DNA of 64,000 nucleotides. Source: Anthoceros angustus (lineage: Eukaryota; Plantae; Anthocerotophyta). Of this stretch, positions 22,086-34,636 are shown piece by piece. The stretch spans positions 2,790,001-2,854,000 of the forward strand of contig VJWM01000025.1 in NCBI GenBank assembly GCA_010909165.1, written 5' to 3'. Position numbers and translations under genes: made by a program. The notes beneath the pieces were generated by a model, which saw only the letters and a list, made by a program, of their open reading frames with translations, made no database searches and was not told the DNA's origin. Numbering within the stretch: the first letter of the stretch is position 1; each line of letters opens with the position of its first letter.

Positions 22086-23621
22086 CTAGTAGTACTCAGC
22101 CCCGTTCCACGACTTCCTGATGAATGGAACACCATCTTCTCGCCAGAATATGCGGTCTTCGCAAAGGGCCGCCACAGCTTCAACATACAGTTTGTGTTCC
22201 TGCAGGACACATCCAACACTGAGGTCAGTCCTGATAAATACGTATGCATGCCGAAAAGCTGAAGAGGAACATGGTACCTCTTTCAGCACTCTTGCAGCCA
22301 AGTCATGGGGTGTATCATCCGGTAACACTCGCACAGTTCTTTGTGCCAGTATTGGCCCGGTGTCGTACTCCTCGTCGATGAAGTGAATAGTTGCACCTGA
22401 AAACCTGCAAATGCAGAACAAAGAGAACTACTGAAAGACGTGCAGTTTGTGTGTAAGCCACAACAACTCGAGAATCCCAACCAAGAGTACACGGCTTGGA
22501 AACAGAGGATTGGCTCAGGCACTTTTTTTCATCCACAAGATGTCAGGCAAACTGTGAAATAGAAACAAGTCATCACAGCCAATCCCTTTCCTGCTGCACT
22601 GACTGCAATATCATAGCAAGCTCAAAGAAACAGGATGCAGTGGAGAACATACCGGGCACCAGACTTGATAACCGCCTCATGTACTTTCATTCCGTAAAAG
22701 CCCTTCCCACCAAAAGCAGGTAGGAGAGCAGGATGTATGTTGAGTATAGACCGTGGATACGCTTGCACAAGCTCAGGAGGTAACATCCTGAGGTACCCGG
22801 CAAGTAATACATAATCCACACCATACTCCCTGCAGAACGAACTCTAGGGTTACTGTTTGGGCCCTGATAGAGGATCAAAGCTGCAGGCCCCATACGTGCT
22901 CATTCGGTTCCTGCTCAAGGAACATGACTGAGTTTAGCGGCCGAGCATGTAGAAAAGGAGCAGCACGATACACTTCGAAGTAACCACAACCAACCACGAT
23001 GTGGAGCAAATTCTCTTTCTCACGATTCTGCTAAAGCAAGGCAGAATCACCTCAATCTGTCAACCAGCTCACTCGACGAAATGCCATCCAAAGCGTTCTT
23101 TCCTTTAGGGTACGCCAACACAGGAATGTCGTGCTCTCTTGCATACTCACACCCTTTGCACCCTGCACGACTCAAACAAATCAACGACCTGCACACTCCG
23201 ACGACACGGCCCCACCGTCGAAGAAGCGTCGCAACGGATACGTAGACTCACCTGGTTTGTCAGACACCACAACATCCACCTGCCCGTATATTTCGTTCCT
23301 CGAAGTAGCTTCGTGCAAAGCCCGAAAATTGGAGCCACCTCCGGACACGAACACTGCCAGCTTGGATCTGAAGAAGCCGCTAACACCCACCTCTTCCTTC
23401 TCTCCCACCCTCTGCGCACCAGTCTCCACCTTCTCACACAAAACCGGCCAAGAGGCCGCTTTCCTCCTCTCCAGCTCCACTGCTCGCAACGCACAACCCG
23501 AAAATACCCTCCCCCCAGCTGAACACAAGGAAATGCGCTGCCCAGTACCAAAGAGTCTCTCCTCGTTCCACACCCCAGCCCCGAGCCGCAGACTGCCGGC
23601 CCCGACCCTGACAGTCTCCAT
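22086..23621 (-). CDS. PUR3: Phosphoribosylglycinamide formyltransferase, plastid-targeted (multi-exon)
   Basis: LAVFVSGGGSNF; LAGYLRM; NIHPALLPAFGGKGFYG; SGATIHFIDEEYDTGPILAQ. Confidence 0.96.
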
Positions 23622-23979
23622 GGCTGCTCGGCTCTACTCTGCTGAGCCTCGATGAGTATTTCTTTTATAGTGAATTTCGAAGACTCTTAACAGGCTCCGA
23701 TGAGTCCTTGCCCTCTTAGGAAGCTGTTTCATCTGCTTTTATCAGCTGTCCTTCGGGACATCTGAGAATTGGAAGAATCTTGTTAGCCCTAGCCACCACA
23801 GAGACTAGGTTTACATGCACGCAGGACCTAAGTCGTATATCCATGTACTTCTTCGTCTTCCACAGCAATGCCATGCGAATGAGCACGTTGTGCGGCGATG
23901 GTGGAGAAAGGCGAGCATTTCGTTTGTGGAAGTTTCAAACATGAAGAAGAAGCAGTAGCAAAATTCTGCAAGCTGAGAC

Positions 23980-24663
23980 TCAAGGCACGTAATCCTCATC
24001 TTCCTCATCGAACTCACTAAAATCGATGTCATCCAGTCGGCCAGATCCCTGCCGGTTGTTCACTTTGCCGAGGTATCCTGTGCCCTTGAAGTTCCTGAGC
24101 TCCAGCGGCCCCAGCTGCGCCTGAGACTCGCTGACGGTGATCTGGAACGAAATCTTGCTCTTCCCCGGCGGGATCTCGGAGATGGTGTCGATGCGCAGAC
24201 TCTCTGCAGCGTCCAGAGCGGGCTCGCCTTGCGCGTCGTACACTCGGCCGAAGATGTCCACATTGTACACAGGCTGCTTCACGGGGTTGAGAGCGTCCCC
24301 TGTGATCCGGAAACACGTAGCTCCGAACGAGGTGCCTCCTGTCACAGTGGTCTGGCCTTCGGGGCACGGCACCGGAGTTGCCTTGATGCCGGACAGAACA
24401 ATTTTGACATCCGCCAGCGCTGAGCCGCAGCCGCTCAGACCCGCGGCTGCTGCTGCCAGCAGAAGCAGTGTCCGCCTCTGGACATGAGCCGACGAGCGGG
24501 CCACCGACGAGGATGATGATGCGGCTTCCGCCTCGGAGATGGCTCGGATGGGTAACAGCGAAGGGGCTCTCCGTTGCAGCACGCACCCTGAGGTGAAAGA
24601 TGATGAAGGCATACGCATTCCCGCTCGGGCTGAGCAGCAGGCCGTGGCTGGGAAGGAAGCCAT
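23980..24663 (-). CDS. Putative thylakoid lumen protein (Tat signal) resembling a conserved cyanobacterial hypothetical protein
   Basis: Transit peptide, RR motif, hydrophobic stretch and ALA cleavage site; mature part CFRITGDALN...VDIFGRVYDA...IDTISEIPPG...LRNFKGTG. Confidence 0.75.
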   Translation of the reverse strand: MASFPATACCSARAGMRMPSSSFTSGCVLQRRAPSLLPIRAISEAEAASSSSSVARSSAHVQRRTLLLLAAAAAGLSGCGSALADVKIVLSGIKATPVPCPEGQTTVTGGTSFGATCFRITGDALNPVKQPVYNVDIFGRVYDAQGEPALDAAESLRIDTISEIPPGKSKISFQITVSESQAQLGPLELRNFKGTGYLGKVNNRQGSGRLDDIDFSEFDEEDEDYVP

Positions 24664-24831
24664 CGCTTTGGTCTGAGGCGCTCGATAAGACGGTAGAGAG
24701 CTGGTTGGCAGAAGGAGGAGTGTTCAGAGGTTTGCTTATTTGACATGAGAGCGATAAATGGCTTCATTTACCCTGCGGAATAGACTGCACTGCTCTCAGG
24801 CTCCACAACACATCTGGAAACTTGACCAGAT

Positions 24832-25560
24832 CTAGGGTACCTTCCGCAAGATTGCAGCAAGGATATAGCTGAAAGCTGAATCAACTGTGGCCAAGAATAT
24901 GATGAGAAGAATAACTACTCCCAAAGTCAGAAACGCCATCTTCACCTGCAACACGATGAAGGGTGCCCAAAATCAAAACTAGGAAAGCATCCATGGGGTT
25001 GCAAAGGGGACATTACGAACTAGCCGAGCTGCGTAAGAACGGACGAACCATGCTGTCAAAGGGAGTGAATTCGATGTACTTGAGCTGTCCAGGTTGCTCC
25101 CAGAGGAACTGTATAAGCTCTTTACAGGATCTGGAGAACAACAAAACACAACACACTTTTCAGATGTGACCCAGGTCTGAAGATACAGAGGATAGCAACA
25201 ACCAGCAAAGGTGAGGATGCTGTACCTGTACAAGAACTTCAGAGCCCAAATGCACACAGGTTGTGCCTCTGGCTCTTGTTCGCCACCATACTGGTAGGGA
25301 ACATGCTCTGGCCGCAGTCTTGTGTCATCGAATGCCCTGCACCCTAGCCGAGACCAACCGCCTTGCATCCTCCTCCATCCCAGAGCTCCGAGTCTGCGTC
25401 CTGGCTTGAGGCCCCATGATGCTCTTGCTGTTGGACGAACTGTTCTAAGGTGGCCATTTCCTGCTGAGCGAAAGCTTGGGCTGAGGGAAACAGGCTGTAC
25501 TGCAGGAACAGCGAGGGTAAATCCCGCGTGCCGACCATAAGAGCTTCTCAAACCGTCCAT
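24832..25560 (-). CDS. SECE2: Plastid SecE-family translocase subunit, SECE2 type (3 exons)
   Basis: Spliced read gives FLWEQPGQLKYIEFTPFDSM|VKMAFLTLGVVILLIIFLATVDSAFSYILAAILRKVP*. Confidence 0.85.
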
Positions 25561-25584
25561 CAGGCCGGTGTGGGGCTAATGCGG

Positions 25585-25593
25585 AAACCCTAA
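25585..25593. promoter_or_regulatory. Telo-box (AAACCCTAA) in a 91-nt head-to-head intergenic gap
   Basis: Exact motif between the ATGs at 25560 (-) and 25652 (+). Confidence 0.55.
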
Positions 25594-25651
25594 ACCTCTA
25601 CGCTCGCAAATCGGCTGAAGCGGGTTGGGGTTCTCTACGCCTGCCGGCACC

Positions 25652-26874
25652 ATGTCACAGGAGCTGAAGGTGGTGATAATCTTGGACCGGGCTGGAATTG
25701 AATGGGCTGAGGATGGAACACCACGTCCAGAAATTCGTGCTCACGAGTAAGTACGTGAAACCAGAATTCCTTGACCTTGACGCTCTTTCTTTCTTTGCTG
25801 TCCTGATGTGCTTAGCTGGTGCTTTGCAGACTGAGGTTGCCGTATGAGAAACATGGATTGTCTGCTGCCGATGACCCATTTCGGGCTGTCGTCGTGACCA
25901 GGCAAGACGGGTCTCAGAAGGTAATCCTCTTTCGTTCCAAGTCTTTAAAATCATTTCTCCCTCATCTGCATCTCTGAAAGCAAGTTTTTCGTGTGGAGCT
26001 GTGGAGAGAAATTCTCCCTCATCTCCATCTCTGAAAGCAAGTTTTTTGTGTGGAGCTGTGGAGAGAAGATTCTCCCTCATCTGCATCTCTGAGAGCAAGT
26101 TTTTTTGTGTGGAGCTGTGGAGAGAAGATTCTCCCTCATCTGCATCTCTCAAAGCCAGTTTTTGTTGGAGCTGTGGAGAGAAGATTCTCCCTCATATCCA
26201 TCTCTGAAAGCAAGTTTTTGGGTGGAGAGAAGATGACACTTCTTGCTGTTGGACTTGCAGGCACTTGTGATATACGCTGTGCACGAAATTCCCGGGTCTG
26301 CCTGCATCAACTGGCTTGACATACTCTTTGACTATCTCTTGAAGACTCTCATTTGCGTGCAGTCCCGAGAGTTTGCTGTCATAGTTGTCGGTTATGTTCC
26401 CATACCTGTCTACCACCGCCGTGGAGCTGTGAGCATCGTTCAAGAGGGAGTCAGTCTGGATGGTGTTCAGATCCTTTTGGCAGAATTGAATAGCTCAGCT
26501 GAGAAGTCAAAAGGGCTTTTCGGGGAACTACCACGGGCGCCACTGGACTTGCAACTGGATGACGAATTTTTGGCATCCCTTGTGCACGTGGCTAGAGTCG
26601 TGAAGGTGCCTACGGTTCTGCTGCTTGCCCCTGAAAGCGAGGCGCACTCGTGGGATAAGGTAATTCCCAAATGTGGTGCATGTGCGTTACGAACTTTTCT
26701 GTTTCTTGTTCCAGGTCCCCGTTGTCTGATGCACATGGTACCTCTCAGGATGCTGGAGACACATCTGGTCTGGCCATCATCCTCCGAAAGCAACTTGGAA
26801 TTCCTGCACGACGAGTTCCCCTGAAGTTTCGGCGTGAAAGTTCAGTCCGGGAGTGGAAGGCTCTGTACATCTGA
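25652..26874 (+). CDS. Unknown spliced gene (~200-250 aa; 3' end uncertain, stop at ~26728 or 26874)
   Basis: In-frame GT-AG joins give MSQELKVVIILDRAG...|LRLPYEKHG...DGSQK|ALVIYAVHEIPG...HSWDK. No recognised family. Confidence 0.55.
25955..26235 (+). repeat. ~58-bp intronic minisatellite (~5 copies)
   Basis: ttctccctcatctgcatctctgaaagcaagttttt..gtggagctgtggagagaaga units. Confidence 0.93.
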
Positions 26875-27087
26875 TATCATGAACGATTTGGGGGACGATG
26901 AACGATTTTGGGGATAAAGTTACTCGATGGGCTGTAGAGTGCCACTAGTAAAGTCCAGCACGAGCTATAGCCAAGCTCAAGTCACAGCAGAAAAAACTCT
27001 AGAGCTGAGACCTCAAACAACGCAAAAACAGGCCTGTGCTGCTTGGGTACCAGCTGGGTCTAGACATCAACGGCTCTTGCAGGGCTT

Positions 27088-30000
27088 TTACAACAAACTT
27101 GCACAAACTGCTAGCATGAGAGCCGCAAGCAGAACCGGCAGTTCCAAGCTAGTAGCTCCACTGGGGGGAGCTGCCGGAGGATGAAGCACAGGGGCTGCAG
27201 GAGATGGTGGTGGTGGTAGCAGGGTGGCATTAGAAGGCAAGGGGGCTAATGGGATAGGAGGTTCAGACACATCTAAGAGAGGCAAGGGTGGGGAGGCAGG
27301 TACTGGTGCGTTCGTGAAACTTAGCAAGAAGCGGAAGAGCTGTCCAGGAATGACAGGCTGGATTGTGTAGTTTTGTACAGATGATTGCAAGCTTCCCTGC
27401 ACAGGGGCATAGCAACTTTGACCTGCAAGTCCGAGTGTTGGTGCGAGTGAGTTTGCTGTGAGTGCCATACTGAAAAATCGTTTAGAAGAACTGAAATAAG
27501 CCAAGGTTAGTGGTGACTTACGCAAGAAGGCAGCCACTGTTGCTGGATAATCCGAGATGAAGCCGCTCACATTGTAGTTCTGTGTCAAGGTGTTGAGCTC
27601 TCGTGCGGGATCTGACTCATAGTCGAAAGCGAACACAACAGGTTCATTCCTCTGAACGGCCAAGTAAACTGTGAGATTTTGTTGCAGAGCATCATGGACA
27701 ATACTAGTCTGATCTACCAGAAAGTTCTGGTAAAGTGGGTCCAAAGGCTCCACCAACTGGCTCTTGGGCACAGTTACTGCACTTGCAAAGCTCTTGATCT
27801 GCTGCAAAGCTGACACTGTTACAGTCTCCGCAAGCACTGGGTCGGTTGAGGCCACTTCGATCCTGTAAACTCGATCGTAGGAGGGAAGAACCTGCTGTAG
27901 CCTCTTCAGGGCAGAGCTGTCCTCAGACTGCAAAAGAACTGGCTGGCTGGAGTTGCTACCATCAAACCCTGCCTGCTTCAGGGCAGCCACAACTGTGTCG
28001 ACGGCATTCAGACCAGCCTCAGTTGCAAGGAAGTAGGCATTCTGGAGGAAAACAGAACCCCTGCGGTTAGCTCCTGGTTATGGAATAAGCCAATAGTCTT
28101 TGCAGAATTTACATGAAGTGCTACCTGGATATCAATAAAGATTCCTGTGCTTGAGTGATTCTTAGCGAGCTCCAGGAACGTCGATAGCTGTAGGACCCCT
28201 TCAAGTCCATCATAAGCCGGATTCCTCAACAGAAAATGCACCGGGTTACTTTGTTTCACTGCAGAATTTGTAAAGTCCATGATCAGGGTGGATGAATCAC
28301 GAGAGCACGAGACCATCACAATGACACGCACCGAGCTGAGAAAAGCTGTAACAGAAGCCCATCACCAACATCAATGCAAGATCAGCATCGGATCTCACCC
28401 TTCAGCTGACTGATTTCGCTCCATGTGAGATTGAACGTGAACACACATTGGTCACAGTGCAAGGCATCTATACTACTGGACCTGGAAAACAGGTCAATGT
28501 ACTTGCTCACATCGGTGTTGGCAACAAGGTCGGGTGATTCGTGACATATAGCCACACCATCCTTAGTAAGCTGCACTGGACAGTCGATGTAATCCGCTCC
28601 ATCTCTTACAGCAGCCTCATAAGACAACACAGTGCATCCAGGATAATCCCCACTGGCTCCGTTATGAGATATAATGGTTCGCTTAACAGCCGAGGGGCTC
28701 AGTGGAGTTTGCCCTGCAGCATCCATGGTAACTCAGAGTGAGAAGGAAGCCTAGACCCACCGACCACAAGAAGGTGAGAAACACGAACTCTCTGCTTACC
28801 TATTTGCAAAGCGCCGGATGAACCACTGGATGCATAGCAAGCTGCCATTACGGACAAGCAGCGAGGCTCACTGTCAGGAGGGGGTCTGTAAGAAGCCGCA
28901 GTCCAATACAGGAAGACAGAATCTTGAGAAGGGTACTTAACAGCAAAGAAGAGATGAATTTCTCACATATTGCCTCAGACGCAGTCGTAGGAAAATCTGT
29001 AAGGAGACCGTCGGGAGCAAAGTCGCCATTGGCTACAAAGTTCACGTACTCCCTGAGAGGGTCGTAACTGTAGTTGTAGCTGGAGCGGGGCTCATCATTT
29101 GCAAAGACACCGGCGTAAACGGTCAGATTCGCCTTGTGGAAGTCCGCTACAATGGTAGTGGGTGCCTTCAAGTACAGAGTCTGGTCATCCACCGGCCATA
29201 TTGCATCCTTGGGGACAAGCACTCCTGAAGAGAAGCTGGCAATCTCTTCTACAGTGAAGCTGGAATACTTCCTGTTGGTTGATGGCTCCACTGCATCCAG
29301 GGACGGGATCTTGAAAACAAGCTTCGTTCCACCTCGACGGGCAATGCTCCCCAGGCTCTTGAGCAACGCCACCTCCGTTGCTGAAAAGTAGGCTGGCAGG
29401 AGAGTATTGAGTGCGGTTTCCGCGTACGTGGTCATATTATACCCGTTCTGCTCGTAGAACAAAGCATACTGTGGCAAGCACAGAGGTCAGTTCCCAGGCA
29501 GTGTGGAGAGAAACCCACAACCCGAATCCCAGCTCACTGCTGATCCTTACCTCCACGTTGAGCCATAAGTATGCTGGATTCTGAGTTGTTGCTGAGTAGC
29601 CAGACAGTATCTGGAAGACATCTGACGGAGTCAGGATGGAAAAGAGACTATCGAACGCATAGGGTCGCGCCTGGTTGCCCTGTCTAGCTGCGTCCCAGGG
29701 ACATCCAGACACACGACATCAGGAAACCACTGCAGTGGGAGGAAGAAGGGGACTATGTGGCGAGATGTGATGGGCACTCACCGCCAGCTGTGGCATTGAG
29801 GTCCGCGTAGGTGAGATCGATGGAGAAGGTTCCAGTCACATTTACCCCGTTCACCTCCCGCGTTGTGGTGTTGAAGGGAGGCAAGGTGGTGCTATTCCGG
29901 AGATCAAGGCCAGTCCGGCAGATTCCCAACGAGTCTTTGGTGAGCTGCACATCGCAGAACAGAGCGATGCCCGGCACGGAATCCGAAAGCGCGAAAGAGT

Positions 30001-30266
30001 AGGCCCACAGCGTCTGATCAGGCAGCAGGCCGGACGACCCACCATGGGCGATGATGAGGGGAGCAGCACCTGCGAAACCCACAAAGACCCACAATCAAGG
30101 ATTGCAGGACCAAGAGCCTGCCGGGCTCTACCCTACCGCCCACCAGCAGCAGCGTACCTGACAGCGTCCGCCAATGCGAATCAGACGAGTTCTGCGCCAG
30201 ACCCAACACCGGCAGGAGCAGGAGCAGCAGGCACAGGGGGAGCAAGAAGCGTTGGTCCCGATCCAT
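27088..30266 (-). CDS. GDPDL: GPI-anchored glycerophosphodiester phosphodiesterase-like protein (GDPDL/SHV3 family, two GDPD domains)
   Basis: Signal peptide; IIAHGGSSGLLPD; FCDVQLTKD; second domain IISHNGASGDYPGCT and DCPVQLTKDG; GFISDYPAT; Pro-rich stretch and hydrophobic C-terminus. Confidence 0.95.
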
Positions 30267-31389
30267 GGCTGCTGCCCTCCGCATTGCGGCTCCAGCCGTA
30301 GCTCCAGCAGCTGTGTAACGATGCTGCGGAGGCGTGGTCAAGCGGAGGTGTTGATCTGGACGTGGGTCCGACTCCGACTCCGACTCCGACTCCGAGCTCC
30401 AGCTATCTGCTGGTGCAGCGCGGACTGGGACATCTGCTGCCGGCACCGTCTTCGATGCCGCGAGCAGTGCGAGTGGAGGCCAGCTGGGAGCGCGGGCGGA
30501 GGCGGCCGTGATGACGGCTCTCTCAGGTGCCGGGGGCAGCCGGGGGATACGGACAAGGAGCGGGCGATGGATGTCGTGAAGGTAAAGCGCGCAAAGGGCA
30601 ACGCCCTTCTTGATTTGCGGAGCAACTGACAGGGTGCCTACGAGATCGGTCCCCGGGAATGTAGACGTGGCCAACCGCGTTGAATCCTGGAGCCTGCTGC
30701 TGCAGGCCAAACAAGGACTGCTGCACCAAGTGCCGCCTGGCCTGCCACGGCCCACACTCTCTACGTATGTACATACTACGACAAATACTCTACTCCTCTT
30801 CACCGTCTGCAGTACTGCGCATGTGGAGCCCGGGAATCCGAGCCCCGTGCTTTTGTGCGGGAGGGAAAACAAAATCATTCAAATCTCCTGTCGCCCGGCT
30901 TCCTTTCCGCAGCTGCCGGCTGGCGCCACCCACAAGTGAGCATCAACAATGCACGCCTCTGGAACCTGGAACAGGGTGCCATTTTGGCCCCGTCCCGCCT
31001 CCCAGCCTCCCAGCCTCCCAGCCTCCCAGCCTCCCGGCCTCGCTCCCGGTTCCTGGAGACCGGTGGTTCACAGGATTGCCGGCCCGATTCCGGTCCTCCC
31101 GTTTTCACGTTTTCGCAGGGGCCGCCAGTCCCATACACGTTCGCTCCCAAATATGAATCCCAGCCGGGAACAGGGAATAGATAATTATATCTATATAATT
31201 ATCTACAAAAGTCCTATTTCTTACACAAAAGATCTATAAATAATTCTTGTAAAGTTGAAGTGGGATCTGACTATGGGTTCAAATCCCACTTTTGACATCT
31301 ATAGTAGAGAAGGAAGAGTGCTGGACGTCCATGTTCTATATTATATTCATTTACAATGGAATATTTTATGTTATATTCATTTACAATGA

Positions 31390-32130
31390 ACTATTTTATG
31401 TTATATTCATTTTATAATGTACCATTATAAAACCCCATCGTATTATACTAATTTTAGAATGACCCGTTGTAAAACCCCATCGTATTATACTAATTATTAT
31501 ACTAATTTTAGAATGAGCCGTTGTAAAACCCCATCGTAGATTTCAAATGAGCTATTGTAAAACCCCGTGTAGATGTACAATATGCCGTTGTAAAACCCCG
31601 TCGTACATTTCGAATGAGCCGTTGGAAAACGCTGGGTAGATGTACAATGAGCCGTTGTAAAACCCAATCGTTTTATACCCGTCATAGATTTACAACGAGC
31701 CGTTATGAAACCCCTTCGTAGATCTAGAATTAGCCGTTGTGATTTACAATGAGCCGTTATAAGACTCCTTCGTAGATTTGGAATGAGCCGTTGTAAAATC
31801 CGTCATTTTACTCTTATATTAGATTTAGCCGTTTTGTTCAAAACCCCGTCGTTTTATACTAATTTTAGAATGAGTCGTTGTAGAATCCCGTTATAGATTT
31901 ACAATGAGCCGTTGTAAAATAGTGTCATAGATTTACAAAGAACCATTGTAAAACCCTATCGTAGACTTGTAACTTGACTCTAAGTGTTAGGGCAAGAGGG
32001 TTTATTTGAATTTATGTTGATTTTATAACCATTGTAAAACCTCGACGTTTTATATTAATTTTAGAATGAGCCAACGTAAAACCCATCATAGATTTACAAT
32101 GAGTCGATATAAAACCTTGTCATAGACGGG
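31390..32130 (+). repeat. Degenerate ~33-34 bp tandem array
   Basis: Consensus tagatttacaatgagccgttgtaaaaccccgtcg recurs many times. Confidence 0.85.
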
Positions 32131-34636
32131 TAAGTTCACAATGTGATAAGGTAAGGAGGTTTATTTGAATTGATGCCGATTTCATAAAAACTATTGTAAA
32201 ACCCTATGGTATGATGATTTGACGTCGTGTTAATAAAGAGGGATTTTTACGGAGGTGAAAACCCGATGGGAAAAGCCCATCCAAGAGGGGACAACCAAAG
32301 GGGACAATGTCGGTCGAGGTGGAGAGGAGCAACTAAGCTCCCTACCTAAAGTCACCTACTGCACCCACAATGTCATATGCAGGAAGAATAAAAGGCCTGC
32401 AAACCACGGAGGTAGAGGAAGATGCGTGACCTACTGTCGCCGTCTTGTGGAGGATCACCGTTGAGAGCGCCCGTTGAAGGGCAATTGGAACCTGTTGTGG
32501 TATCAGTCGAGAGGGGAGCCCACTCAGGTCTGTACAAGATGGTAAGCTTTGGCACAGGACTTGACAAATTTGTCAAAGTCCTCAGCCATTGCCCCATACG
32601 TTTCTAGTGCAAGCGGAATAAAGAGGTGGCCCGCTTGCATGGTCGTGTTAGGGATGAGGGTTTATTTGAACTTTCACAAAAATAACAAGTAGATACTTTA
32701 TTGAAAAAAATAAAAAGAATATCATCGTAGGCTGATAACTTCACAATTTGTTAAGGCAAGGGGTTTATTTAAACGTTACAGCAGCCATAGAGTAGTGGGT
32801 TATGGTTTTGATCGTCGAAGTGTATAACTTTCAGTGAAGGATTTTACAGCATGTTGTCCATGCTTGGTGGAGGGAATCTTTTTAATAGCTTATGGGAGAG
32901 CGGCCGGAATACCTACATAGTTTTCAAAGACTCCCGAAACGTGAGGGATGTTTTTTGCCAGTCAAGACACCGGTTTCGCAGCGGCCATTGGTAGCAGGAT
33001 GGATACTCTCTGGCACCAGCTTTGGAAATTTGCAGCGGATTTGCCGTCAGGACGCGCTCCCCTTCAAAACTTTGAATACCTACCTAACTTCCCTTCTTGT
33101 TTGATAGAAGCGTCCACCAGAGTACAGTCTCATCTCGCGGAACCTTCCAACAGTCCCAACGGCGCCTGTGCCTTTGCTTCCAAGGTCTTCACAAGGTTGA
33201 ACTTCCATGTCCGGCAATACCGTGACAGGGACGGGAGGGTCTGGGTAGGCTGTCGGCTGCTTGCAGGCAACAAGCGGCAAGGCAAGGCGAAATCACCAAA
33301 TCTGCTGGAGCTGGTCGGGGAGCCTGGGAGCTGGCTAACAGCCACCTCCGGGCGGGGACGATAGGGATCGAAGGATCCAAGCACAGCACAGCTGGGAGGC
33401 AGAGGACGCGGCCTGAGCAAGCCTCCGCACAGCGGCGGCTGATCAGCAGAGAACGGACCGCGGGAGTGGCTCGAAGGCAGGGCACCAGGTTGAGACGGAA
33501 GGCATGACACGCAGATCAGACGAGCAAAAACGCAAACACAAGTTACAAACGGAACGGGAGACGCAAACGAGAACACACCCGCTCCTTCCTTCCTTCCTTC
33601 TCCATGTTCTCAAATAATCCCTTTTTGGAAGGAAAAGATTCCATCAGTACACCTGGAGGCGTGGTTTTCTTCAACAGATAATGTGTGTGCGTGAACTTCC
33701 TTTTCACCGTTCCTTTCTCTCTCTTCAGTTCACGTATTTGGTCGTATGTGTGTATCTTTTTTTCACTATTCTATAATAATTTTTTCATCCTTAGTGGATA
33801 TAAATATTATTATATATGAATAAAAAAGAGAATATCTTTTACATAATTAATTTCTATAAAACCAGAAGTGGTAAAGATATGAAGACTATTTTATTAATTA
33901 TTATGATGAATGTGGTTTGGTTTCGGTTGGATATATCCCCAACTTTGTTTATACTTAGTGCATTGATGTTTTAAGTTTTTTTTCATATAGACTGAAGAAA
34001 ACAAAAAATAATAAATACCTGTTATATTTTCACGAATAACTATTAAATCCAAACTCTTAAAATGAAAGGTAGATAAAAAAAGATCCTTCATACGGTTTAA
34101 AGAACTTCAAGGTAGGAAGCATTAGTCAACAGCTGTGAAAAAAATCTTGTTGGCAACTTTTCACTATTGCAATTATGTAATCTATTTTTCGTTTGTCAAT
34201 CCACATGTATATTGTACTATCCTAAGTCACAACAAACATACATGGATGTTAACTCATGCACTAAATACTTTCTAGATTTTCAAAAGCCATACATGCATTA
34301 ATGTGTTTGTTTTCTAGCTTGCTGAATCCACACTTGTACTACTTTCTGTGTTGTAGATAACATCTGTTCCTACTGATACCCGTTGATAAAAGTAAAGTGA
34401 AACCCACTAACATGTGCATTTAACTGAGTCTAACTTTCTCATGTGCAACTTCCGCTTATTCCCAAACTCTCACGTGCAACCGAGTGTATTTAATTTAAAA
34501 AAACCCACATTTGTATGTATATCTTCACTGCAAATAATATTAGGACGTCGTCAATAGTATGTATATTCAACTGTTATCTTCAATTATAAGGTGTTAGGGA
34601 CTTTAAGGTAAGATAAACTTTGTGATAGATTTCTCA

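Noticed and set aside
30267-30878. N-terminal extension of GDPDL in the 286-aa ORF
   Set aside because: A canonical signal peptide follows the ATG at 30266, so the upstream open frame is most likely GC-rich UTR with a (CCGACT)n microsatellite.
32601-32610. tttCTAGT(G) as a Helitron or CACTA end
   Set aside because: No upstream GC hairpin and no matching CACTA left end found.
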